In this document: piece by piece, positions 1 to 6,842 of the stretch | Position numbering within the stretch: the first letter of the stretch is position 1 | Layout: each line of letters opens with the position of its first letter | Source of the DNA: an uncultured Anaerolineales bacterium | Lineage (GTDB): Bacteria > Chloroflexota > Anaerolineae > Anaerolineales > UBA11858 | Direction of reading: 5' to 3' | Length of the DNA stretch: 64,000 nucleotides | NCBI GenBank assembly: GCA_964627755.1 | Contig: CAZVIH010000022.1 | Span: 3,431 to 67,430, forward strand | Notes under the pieces: generated by a model | Seen by the model: the letters and a program-made list of their open reading frames with translations, nothing else | Told to the model about the DNA's origin: nothing | Databases searched by the model: none | Program-made: the position numbers and the translations under genes

Positions 1-796
1 AGCCGGGGCGACCATCATCCCGATGAGCAGCGACACGCTGCAAATCCCCTCCCAGACGGGCGGCGCGACCGCCTACTGGGTGGCCGAGAACGCGGCGATC
101 ACCGCCTCCGACCAGACCTGGGGGCAGGTCGATCTCCAGGCGAAGAAACTGGCCGCACTGACCAAGCTCTCCGCCGAGCTGTTCGAAGACAGCGACCCGG
201 CGGTCGAGGCGCTGGTGATGGCCGACCTCGCCCGCGTGCTGGCGCTCGAAGAAGATCTCAAGTACCTGCGCGGCGACGGCACAAGCAACACGCCGACCGG
301 CCTGGAGAACATCGACGGCGTGAACGTCGATACGACCACGCTCGGTGCCAACGGCGGCACGCCTGACTTCGACACGCTGGCCGACATGCTCTACAACCTC
401 GACGCCAGCAACGTCCCCGCCGATGGCCGCGCCTGGATCGTCCACCCGCGCACGGTCAACACGCTGCGGCAGATCAAGGACGGCGACGACAAGTACCTGT
501 GGGCCGACCCTTCCGCGCCCGGCGATCCGCCGACGCTGTGGGGCTACCCGGTCTTCACCACCACCGCCGTCCCAATCGACGAGACGCAGGGGGAAAACTC
601 GGACTGCTCGACGATCTACCTGGGCTGCTGGCCTGAGTTCGTGATCGGGCAGCGCAAGGCGCTCGAACTGCGTGCGTCCGACGCGGCAGGCAACGCCTTC
701 GAATACGACCAGATTTTCATCCGCGCCATCATGCGCGTCGACTGCAACGTGCGGCATGCCGCCAGCTTCGAGGTGCTGAAAGGTGTGAGGGCCTGA
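1..796 (+). CDS. HK97-family phage major capsid protein, C-terminal part (5' end cut by window edge)
   Basis: The reading frame is open from nt 2 (AGATIIPMSSDTLQIP...). Motifs AYWVAENAAITAS, LAALTKLSAELFEDS, EEDLKYLRGDGTSNTPTGL and IVHPRT are typical of HK97-type capsid proteins. Confidence 0.85.
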   Translation, partial: AGATIIPMSSDTLQIPSQTGGATAYWVAENAAITASDQTWGQVDLQAKKLAALTKLSAELFEDSDPAVEALVMADLARVLALEEDLKYLRGDGTSNTPTGLENIDGVNVDTTTLGANGGTPDFDTLADMLYNLDASNVPADGRAWIVHPRTVNTLRQIKDGDDKYLWADPSAPGDPPTLWGYPVFTTTAVPIDETQGENSDCSTIYLGCWPEFVIGQRKALELRASDAAGNAFEYDQIFIRAIMRVDCNVRHAASFEVLKGVRA

Positions 797-812
797 TTGG
801 GGGTCTGAATCA

Positions 813-912
813 TATGGGGGCAAGTTGACACTTGCCCCCATAGGGGAGGTGCAGTCCCTCTGCCGGGACAGCTACCGGGCGAGGGAAAGCTGCCCGGAGA
901 AGGACTGCACCC
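813..912 (+). terminator. Nested stem-loops directly after the capsid gene
   Basis: Perfect 12-bp hairpin TATGGGGGCAAG / CTTGCCCCCATA (813-842, loop TTGACA). A longer imperfect stem is closed by GGTGCAGTCC (848-857) and GGACTGCACC (902-911). There is no U-tract, so the terminator function is uncertain. Confidence 0.35.
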
Positions 913-1021
913 TGAGCATATCAGGTGGGCCGCCAATATGGTGTGAAGTTTTATGAATATCGAACCCGGCATTCATGAAAGGGTCCTTACGGGGACTCGA
1001 ACAGAGTTGGAGGAAGGTTAT

Positions 1022-1618
1022 ATGGCCGATTATACAACGCTAAATATCGTAAAAACCTACCTGCGGATCACCGCCTCTACCGACGACGATCTGCTTGAAG
1101 ACCTGATCGCCACCGCCAGCCGGATGATCGACGATTACTGCGGGCGGCGGTTCGTTGCGGAGAACGAAACGCGCACTTATGACGCGGTCGGGCCGCATAT
1201 CATCGGGCGGCTGCTGCTGCTCGATGGCGATCTGCTGTCGCTGACGACGCTGACCAACGGCGACGGCAGCGAGATCGACGCGGAGGATGTGGTCCTGCGC
1301 CCGATGAACTCGACGCCCTATTTCGGGATTTCGCTCAAGCAGGGCAGCGGGCTGGCCTGGACGTATGACGACAGCCCGGAGGGGGCGATCAGCGTGGAAG
1401 GTCAATGGGGGTTTTCGGCGAGCGCCCCGGAGCCGGTCGCCCAGGCTGCGATCCGGCTGACCGCGTGGCTCTATCGCCAGCGCGATACCGGCGCAGAGGG
1501 ATCGGCGGGGGTGCAGGTCGGCGATCAGGGTGGGGCGGTTCCGCCCGCCCGGCTCCCGCGTGACGTGCGTGATCTGCTGTCGTCGTACATCTACCTGCGG
1601 ATGAGGATGGCGGGGTAA
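1022..1618 (+). CDS. Phage gp6-like head-tail connector (head-tail adaptor) protein
   Basis: N-terminus MADYTTLNIVKTYLRITASTDDDLLEDLIATASRMIDDYCGRRF is the classic gp6-like connector signature. GGAGG lies 8-13 nt upstream of the ATG at 1022. The ORF-track start at 953 is less likely. Confidence 0.7.
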   Translation: MADYTTLNIVKTYLRITASTDDDLLEDLIATASRMIDDYCGRRFVAENETRTYDAVGPHIIGRLLLLDGDLLSLTTLTNGDGSEIDAEDVVLRPMNSTPYFGISLKQGSGLAWTYDDSPEGAISVEGQWGFSASAPEPVAQAAIRLTAWLYRQRDTGAEGSAGVQVGDQGGAVPPARLPRDVRDLLSSYIYLRMRMAG

Positions 1619-1620
1619 AT

Positions 1621-1762
1621 ACCCCCTCTGTCTGACCTGCGGTCAGACATCTCCCCCAGGGGGGCGAGTGGGTTGGCCTGTCTATTTGATCCGTGTCTTA
1701 CAATTCGTGCCCCACCTGCCCCCTCCGGGGGAAGTGGCCGACCGTAGGTCGGGCGAAGGGGG
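1621..1762. repeat. Composite palindromic repeat, copy A (module 1, conserved linker, module 2)
   Basis: Module 1 is ACCCCCTCTGTCTGACCTGCGGTCAGACATCTCCCCCAGGGGGGCGAGTGGGTTGG (1621-1676). The linker is GTCTTACAATTCGT. Module 2 is CCCCACCTGCCCCCTCCGGGGGAAGTGGCCGACCGTAGGTCGGGCGAAGGGGG (1710-1762). The copy aligns with copies at 2394-2533 and 4211-4380. Confidence 0.85.
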
Positions 1763-1796
1763 CCGATGCCAGGGTAAATTGCAAAGGAACTTAACC

Positions 1797-2261
1797 ATGA
1801 CCTGGAGAACGGCATTTGAAAACCTGGCGGCGATCAGCGTGACGGGGATCGCAACGAGCTACGATCTCGACGATCTGCCCAACGTGCTGCCCGCCGCCGA
1901 ACTGCCCGCGCTGGTTCCCGCTTTCCCGGAGAGCGCTGGCGTGCTGAACGAGGATCAGCAGGGGCTTTCGACGCTGACCTACGACGGCTCGGCCTGGATT
2001 TCGACGCTGTGTGTCGACCATGTCCTGTACTGGACTCCGGCCTGGTCGGGTACCGGGCTGACGGGCATCCTGCCCGACCTGATCGCCGCCGTCGACGACT
2101 ACCTGGAAGCGGTCAGCGCCGACGCCACGCTCGACGGGGCGCTCCACGCGCCGCTGTCGATCAGCCGGGTGCAGATCGGGGTGTTCACCTTTGCGGGAGT
2201 TCACTACTACGGGGTGCGCTTCCACCACAGGTGGCAGCGATTGGTCGAGGCGGCGGCGTGA
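1797..2261 (+). CDS. Phage structural-module protein of unknown function (154 aa)
   Basis: ATG at 1797 lies just after repeat copy A. The upstream part of ORF 1668..2261 is translated repeat sequence. The position between connector and tail-like gene supports a structural role. No family was recognised. Confidence 0.5.
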   Translation: MTWRTAFENLAAISVTGIATSYDLDDLPNVLPAAELPALVPAFPESAGVLNEDQQGLSTLTYDGSAWISTLCVDHVLYWTPAWSGTGLTGILPDLIAAVDDYLEAVSADATLDGALHAPLSISRVQIGVFTFAGVHYYGVRFHHRWQRLVEAAA

Positions 2262-2291
2262 GCGTTGATGTGTCTCGAAAACCCATCAAGG

Positions 2292-2349
2292 GTAGGGGCG
2301 GGGCTTGCCCCCGCCCGAAAGACCGGGCGACCGCAAGGGTCGCCCCTAC
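2292..2349. repeat. GC-rich compound palindrome (module 3)
   Basis: GTAGGGGCG...CGCCCCTAC outer arms enclose two hairpins, GGGCGGGG-CTTG-CCCCCGCCC and GGGCGACC-GCAA-GGGTCGCCC. A shorter relative lies at 9188-9212. Confidence 0.75.
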
Positions 2350-2393
2350 GAGACGGGATCAGGGAAAAGAAACATTCGATTATATGCGTGGTG

Positions 2394-2533
2394 GATCACC
2401 CCCTCTGTCTCCTACGGAGACATCTCCCCCAAGGGGGCGAGTGGGTTGGGTGGTTTTTTGAACCAAGTCTTACAATTCGTACCCCACCTGCCCCCCTGGG
2501 GGACGTGGCGGGGCGCAGCCCCGTCGAAGGGGG
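2394..2533. repeat. Composite palindromic repeat, copy B
   Basis: GATCACCCCCTCTGTCTCCTACGGAGACATCTCCCCCAAGGGGGCGAGTGGGTTGG, then GTCTTACAATTCGT, then CCCCACCTGCCCCCCTGGGGGACGTGGCGGGGCGCAGCCCCGTCGAAGGGGG. Colinear with copy A but with different, still complementary, inner stems. Confidence 0.85.
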
Positions 2534-2563
2534 TAGAAAGATACGTTTTGAAAGGAGACGCCC

Positions 2564-4135
2564 ATGCCGAGGGCTGAGTACACAATCGAGGTGGAACTCG
2601 AATACAACACCTGGACGGATATCAGCGGTGACTGGCACACACCCATCCCGCTGATCGTCGAGCGGGGGATCGAGCCGGGGGATCGGCTGGCCCGCGTCGG
2701 CAGGCTGACCCTCGCCCTGCACGACCCCGACGGGCGCTACACGCCCGGCCATACGAACCTCACCACCGGCTTCGGCGTGGGGATCGGGCTGCGGGTCAGG
2801 GCGAGTGATGGCTCGACGACCTATCCGCTGTTCTACGGGCGGATCGCGGCGATCAGCCCGCAGCGTTCCGCGCAGAAGAACGACCGCCACTCGCTTTACG
2901 TGACGGTCACCGCTCTGGACGACATCGACGCGCTGGCACGGGTGCCGGTCGGGGCGTTCCCGCTGATCGTCGATGCGCGGGCGGGCGATCTCGCCGAACG
3001 GCTGGTCAGCCGCGCCTTCGTGCCGCCGGGCCGGTTCGCTTACTGGCGGCTCGATCATCCGCAGGCGGCGGCGCTGGGCGAAGGCTCGACGCTCTCAGAC
3101 GAATCAACCGGGGTCGACCTCGATACGGGGCAGAGCGTCTTTCCCTGGGCGGGCGATACCTGGGCCGCCGATCTGCCGTGCCTCGCCGCGCTGCGCGATG
3201 TCTGCCTGAGCGAGTGGGGGACATTCCACATCACCGCCGACGGCACGCCGACCTTCGGGGATCGGCATGCGCGGCCCAAACACGCCAGCGCCGACGCCGA
3301 ACTGAGCACGCATCTGGCAGGGGTGACCGTCGAGCAGGAAGCGGCGCGAATCGCCAACCGGGTCGAACTGACCGTCCACCCGCGTGAAATTGGCGAAGAA
3401 ACGGCGGTGCTCTGGCAGGCCAACCATGACATCCAGATCAAACCCGGCCAGACGCGGGTCATCACCTGCCCCTTCTCCGATCCCGACCAGCAGGTCGCCC
3501 ACATCGCGGGGGAAGACCTGATCGTCCCCGTTCCCGGAGTCGACTTCAGTGCGACGGCGGGAGGCGATGGGGGCGAGGATGTCACCAACGCGGTGCAGAT
3601 CGAAATGGCGGCGGGCGGAACGTCGGCCCGGCTGACGCTGGCGACGACCGCACAGGATACGAAGATCGTCGCCATCCACGATCTACAGGTGCGCGGCACG
3701 CCGATCCGCACCTACTACCCGGCGGCGGTCACCGTCGAGGATGCTGGCAGCAAGGTAACGCTGGGGCGGCACCCGCTCCAGATCGACCTGCCGTTTCAGG
3801 AGGACAGCAGCGAGGCCGAAGACCTGGCCCGCGTGCTGATCGCCAACCGGAAGGAGCCGCACCCCTGGCTGGTAGTGACCGTCGAGGCGACGGCATCTGG
3901 AACGCTGCTCACGCACGCCCTTGCCCGTGACGTTGGCAGCCGTCTCCACCTGACCGACCTCGACCTGGGGCTGGACGAGGCCGCCTGCTTCGTGGATCAC
4001 GTTCGCCACGATGTGGAGCGCGGTGGGGCATCCCACCGGGTGACCTGGCGCACCAGCCCCGCCGATCTCGAAAGCTACTGGGCATTGGGCACGTCCCAGG
4101 CCCAACTGGGCCAGTCGAACCGGCTGGCGTATTGA
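2564..4135 (+). CDS. Phage tail-associated structural protein (523 aa; distal-tail/minor-tail-like)
   Basis: GGAG lies 8 nt upstream of the ATG. The N-terminus (YTIEVELEYNTWTDISGD..., RLTLALHDPDGRYTPGH, LFYGRIAAISP) resembles siphovirus tail-family and minor tail proteins. Assignment is by recollection only. Confidence 0.5.
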   Translation: MPRAEYTIEVELEYNTWTDISGDWHTPIPLIVERGIEPGDRLARVGRLTLALHDPDGRYTPGHTNLTTGFGVGIGLRVRASDGSTTYPLFYGRIAAISPQRSAQKNDRHSLYVTVTALDDIDALARVPVGAFPLIVDARAGDLAERLVSRAFVPPGRFAYWRLDHPQAAALGEGSTLSDESTGVDLDTGQSVFPWAGDTWAADLPCLAALRDVCLSEWGTFHITADGTPTFGDRHARPKHASADAELSTHLAGVTVEQEAARIANRVELTVHPREIGEETAVLWQANHDIQIKPGQTRVITCPFSDPDQQVAHIAGEDLIVPVPGVDFSATAGGDGGEDVTNAVQIEMAAGGTSARLTLATTAQDTKIVAIHDLQVRGTPIRTYYPAAVTVEDAGSKVTLGRHPLQIDLPFQEDSSEAEDLARVLIANRKEPHPWLVVTVEATASGTLLTHALARDVGSRLHLTDLDLGLDEAACFVDHVRHDVERGGASHRVTWRTSPADLESYWALGTSQAQLGQSNRLAY

Positions 4136-4210
4136 TGTGAGTTTTGATCAAACTTTTTATGAACCTTAAGAATTTGTTCGGTAATAAACGTGGCCTGTTT
4201 AATGGGCAAC

Positions 4211-4380
4211 GATCCACCCCCTCTGGCCGACTAACGTCGTCCATCTCCCCCACAGGGGGCGAGCGTTACCGCCCGGGTACGGCGACGATCCACCCCCTCT
4301 GTCTCCTGCGGAGACATCTCCCCCGACCCCCTTCGACCGACCTACGGTCGGCCACTTCCCCCAGCGGGGGCAGTCTGGGG
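4211..4380. repeat. Composite palindromic repeat, copy C (two module-1 units plus inverted module 2)
   Basis: GATCCACCCCCTCTGGCCGACTAACGTCGTCCATCTCCCCCACAGGGGGCGAG (4211-4263). GATCCACCCCCTCTGTCTCCTGCGGAGACATCTCCCCC (4288-4325). ACCCCCTTCGACCGACCTACGGTCGGCCACTTCCCCCAGCGGGGGCAGTCTGGGG (4326-4380) is the reverse complement of module 2 of copy A. Confidence 0.85.
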
Positions 4381-4504
4381 GCGATCAGGGTTGGCTTTGT
4401 TTGCTATGGTTGATAGTTGTTACCGGATCAATTTGTCAGGCAACATAAAAGTTTGCGGGATTGCAGGGGCAAAGCCTCTGCAAATAGCCAAAAGGAGAAA
4501 CAAA

Positions 4505-4750
4505 ATGCTTAAGGAAAATAACCAACTGATGCCGATCGTCGGCCCGATTCTCAACCTGCTGCGCAGCCGCAAGTTCATGGTCGCGCTGATGACGCTGATC
4601 GTCGACGTGGTCATCGCCTATGTGCCTGCGCTCGCAGAAGTCCAGGAGCCGCTGCTGGCCGTGTTCACCGCGATTGGCGTGGCGCTGGTCGCCGCCATCG
4701 CTTATGAAGATGCTGCCGGTGCCAACGGCGGCAAGGAGACCGGCCAATGA
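4505..4750 (+). CDS. Small two-TM membrane protein (81 aa; holin-like topology, function unknown)
   Basis: AAAGGAG lies 8 nt upstream of the ATG at 4505. Two hydrophobic helices (FMVALMTLIVDVVIAYVPAL, LLAVFTAIGVALVAAIAY). The stop overlaps the next start (ATGA at 4747-4750). Confidence 0.55.
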   Translation: MLKENNQLMPIVGPILNLLRSRKFMVALMTLIVDVVIAYVPALAEVQEPLLAVFTAIGVALVAAIAYEDAAGANGGKETGQ

Positions 4751-5277
4751 CCTGGGTCGATCCTGAATCGCGCGATACCGGCGACCTGATCACCGCCGCG
4801 ATCTGGAACCAGGACGTGGTCGACAACACGCAGTGGCTGAAGGACAACCTGCCGGGCGGCACCAGCGCCTGGGTTTACAACAGCAGCAACATCCTCCTGG
4901 GCAACGGTGGGGAGACCATGCTGACCTTCGATACCGAGTGGTGGGACACAGACGACATCCACAGCACACTGTCGAACACCGGACGCCTGACTGCGCCTGT
5001 CGACGGCCTCTACCTGGTCGGGGGGGCCTGCCTCACCACCATGTACGATGCCCTCCGGCTGTCGATCAGGCTCAACGGGACGGCAGTGGCGATGACCCGG
5101 TCGGGAGAGGGCGGCTTTGTTACATCGTGTGCCATCACGACGGTGGTGAACATGCAAGCAGGAGACTATGTAACCCTGCATGGCTACCAGAACGAATCAG
5201 GCGGCCTGTACGTGGATGCCGATGGGTACTGGTCGCCGTCGTTCTGGATGGTGAGGATAGGAGAGTACGTATCATGA
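4747..5277 (+). CDS. Phage tail-fibre / receptor-binding-like protein (176 aa)
   Basis: The N-terminal motif W.DPESRDTGDLITAAIWNQDVVDNTQWLKDNL is common at the start of phage fibre and collar proteins. The C-terminal beta-rich region is jelly-roll (C1q/TNF)-like by composition. Translationally coupled on both sides. Confidence 0.5.
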   Translation: MTWVDPESRDTGDLITAAIWNQDVVDNTQWLKDNLPGGTSAWVYNSSNILLGNGGETMLTFDTEWWDTDDIHSTLSNTGRLTAPVDGLYLVGGACLTTMYDALRLSIRLNGTAVAMTRSGEGGFVTSCAITTVVNMQAGDYVTLHGYQNESGGLYVDADGYWSPSFWMVRIGEYVS

Positions 5278-5618
5278 CCACGCTGACCTACACCGGAAAG
5301 CCGGGCGACTTCAACCCGGCGGCAGCCCTGGATCGGCTGATCGAGCAGGGAATCGCCGTCGAGAACATCACCCTCACCTTTGCCGACGACCGGTCGGCGG
5401 TGACCGTCTTCATCCACGACGACCCGGATTCGACCATCCAGGCCGCCGTCAAAGCCGAGTTCGCCAGTCACGATCCGGCGGCGCAGTCGGCGCAGCAGCA
5501 GTCAGCGGCGGAGAAGGAATCCGACCGCGCCTGGGCGAAAGCGATCCTCGCTGGCGTCGACGTGAGCACGCTGGACGACATGCTCGCGGCGCTGGTCATC
5601 CTGGTCGGCGAGGGGTAA
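5274..5618 (+). CDS. Hypothetical phage protein (114 aa)
   Basis: The ATG at 5274 overlaps the preceding TGA (ATGA). It is in frame with the distal part of ORF 4833..5618. The upstream part of that ORF overlaps the fibre gene in another frame and is rejected. Confidence 0.5.
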   Translation: MTTLTYTGKPGDFNPAAALDRLIEQGIAVENITLTFADDRSAVTVFIHDDPDSTIQAAVKAEFASHDPAAQSAQQQSAAEKESDRAWAKAILAGVDVSTLDDMLAALVILVGEG

Positions 5619-5649
5619 TCAACAGGCCGTAAATAATCTGCAAATGAAG

Positions 5650-5681
5650 GCAGCCCTGCCGGTTCGAACCGGCAGGGCTGC
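5650..5681. repeat. Perfect 32-bp palindrome at the right edge of the phage block
   Basis: GCAGCCCTGCCGGTTCGAACCGGCAGGGCTGC is fully self-complementary. It is not followed by a T-tract. Confidence 0.8.
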
Positions 5682-5806
5682 TGCCGGTAATAAACCAGCT
5701 TCCGGTCTGACTTAACCGGTTGCAGTGAAAATCGGGAAATTATAGTATCATAGTCGCTACGTTAAAGAGCGATTGGCTCGACAATATTTCGAGGAGGAAA
5801 TGGAAG

Positions 5807-6763
5807 TTGCGTAAATCACAAACCCTTATCATTTTTGTTGTCGCCGCCCTGTTCCTGGCTGTTCTGGCCTGTGGGCCGACCGCCGGCGTTCAGCAGGCTG
5901 TCGACGAAGCCATGGGCGAAGTCGAATCGGCGGTTGAAGAAGTTGATGTAGTTGCTGAAGAAGCTGCCGGAGATGTCGCAGTAGTGGTGGACGAAGCGGT
6001 TGGCGAAACAAGCGGCAATGCAATGCTGGCCGATATCGACACCGACTGGGAATCCGTTTTCGACAGCTACGAGATGGAATATGTGACGACGTTCGAAGGC
6101 ACCGACGAGAACGGCGAACCGTCGTCGATGGAGATGATCGGCTACATGGCCTACCAGTCAGACCCTCATGCAGAGAAGTTTGGCTTCGAAGGCACGGAAG
6201 CTGGAGAGTATTATTCCAGCATGGGCACGCTCGTCGATGGGATGATGTACACCGAAACCAATTTCGGTGGTGAGCAGATGTGTTATGCCATGCCCCTTTC
6301 AGAAGAAGACATGGAAGGCGCTGAGGAAAACGAGTTCGTTCCCAACGTCGACGATATGCTTGGCGAGGAAGGGGACGCCGGGGAAGCGCCTGACTTCGTT
6401 CTCGTCGATGCCAACGCCGATGTCAACGGGATGCCCGCCGAGCACTACCACGCCGAGCACGTCACGACCGGCGGCCTGAGCGATGGTACCATCGACGTGT
6501 GGATTTCGAAAGAATACAACGTCATGCTCAAGTCCGTCATGGTCGACGAGGGCTTCATCGAGGGCTTTGGCGACGGCGTTTTCCAGGTCAGTATGGAACT
6601 GGTCTCCGCCAACGAGCCTATCGACTTCACCCCGCCTGAAAACTGTGAAGTCTATGACTTTGAATCGATGATGGAAGGTATGGAAGGACTCGAAGACCTG
6701 GAAGGGTTGGAGGACCTCGATCTGGAAGGGTTGGAAGACCTGCTCACGCCGCAGCCCGAATAA
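5807..6763 (+). CDS. Highly acidic secreted lipoprotein, function unknown
   Basis: TTG start at 5807 with GAGGAGGA 9 nt upstream. Signal peptide plus lipobox LAVLAC-G. D/E-rich sequence with a C-terminal LEGLEDL repeat. Confidence 0.65.
   Translation: MRKSQTLIIFVVAALFLAVLACGPTAGVQQAVDEAMGEVESAVEEVDVVAEEAAGDVAVVVDEAVGETSGNAMLADIDTDWESVFDSYEMEYVTTFEGTDENGEPSSMEMIGYMAYQSDPHAEKFGFEGTEAGEYYSSMGTLVDGMMYTETNFGGEQMCYAMPLSEEDMEGAEENEFVPNVDDMLGEEGDAGEAPDFVLVDANADVNGMPAEHYHAEHVTTGGLSDGTIDVWISKEYNVMLKSVMVDEGFIEGFGDGVFQVSMELVSANEPIDFTPPENCEVYDFESMMEGMEGLEDLEGLEDLDLEGLEDLLTPQPE
6698..6741 (+). repeat. In-frame 24-nt tandem repeat inside the lipoprotein gene
   Basis: CTGGAAGGGTTGGAGGACCT (6698-6717) and CTGGAAGGGTTGGAAGACCT (6722-6741) encode LEGLEDL twice. 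Confidence 0.7.
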
Positions 6764-6791
6764 ACCGTATTCGATAGCAGTGTAGCAAATC

Positions 6792-6832
6792 AAAAAGGCG
6801 GTCGCGTTTTGAATGCGACCGCCTTGTTTTTT
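6792..6832. terminator. Bidirectional intrinsic terminator between convergent genes
   Basis: AAAAAGGCGGTCGC-GTTTTGAAT-GCGACCGCCTT followed by GTTTTTT. An A-run lies on the other side. Confidence 0.75.
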
Positions 6833-6842
6833 CTCCGGTTGG

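Larger units (their letters stand above)
1..5618 (+). mobile_element. Phage-derived structural gene block (capsid, connector, tail/fibre-like genes); left end lies outside the window
   Basis: Seven co-oriented ORFs with capsid, connector and tail-like products. Two ATGA stop/start overlaps (4747-4750, 5274-5277). No integrase, terminase, portal, tape-measure or lysin is visible in the window. Confidence 0.6.

Noticed and set aside
1-796. The HK97-fold protein as an encapsulin shell rather than a phage capsid.
   Set aside because: It is followed by a gp6-like head-tail connector and tail/fibre-like genes, and its motifs match phage HK97-type capsids. No cargo-type gene is adjacent.
1591-4413. 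ORFs running through the intergenic repeats: 1591..1815-, the 5' part of 1668..2261, 2009..2461+, 2265..2654+, 2305..2577+ and 4144..4413+.
   Set aside because: Their sequences are translations of the palindromic repeat modules (for example PLCLLRRHLPQGGEW and GRPQGSPLR). The same peptide-like strings recur because the DNA repeat recurs, not because a protein is conserved.
4833-5273. Upstream 147 codons of ORF 4833..5618, which would give a 261-aa protein.
   Set aside because: This part overlaps the fibre-like gene in another frame and has an Arg/Pro/His-rich translation. The ATGA-coupled start at 5274 gives a compact, sensible 114-aa product.
1-5618. A diversity-generating retroelement targeting the fibre-like gene.
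   Set aside because: No reverse transcriptase gene and no template/variable repeat pair were seen. The repeats present are intergenic palindromes unrelated to the fibre coding sequence.
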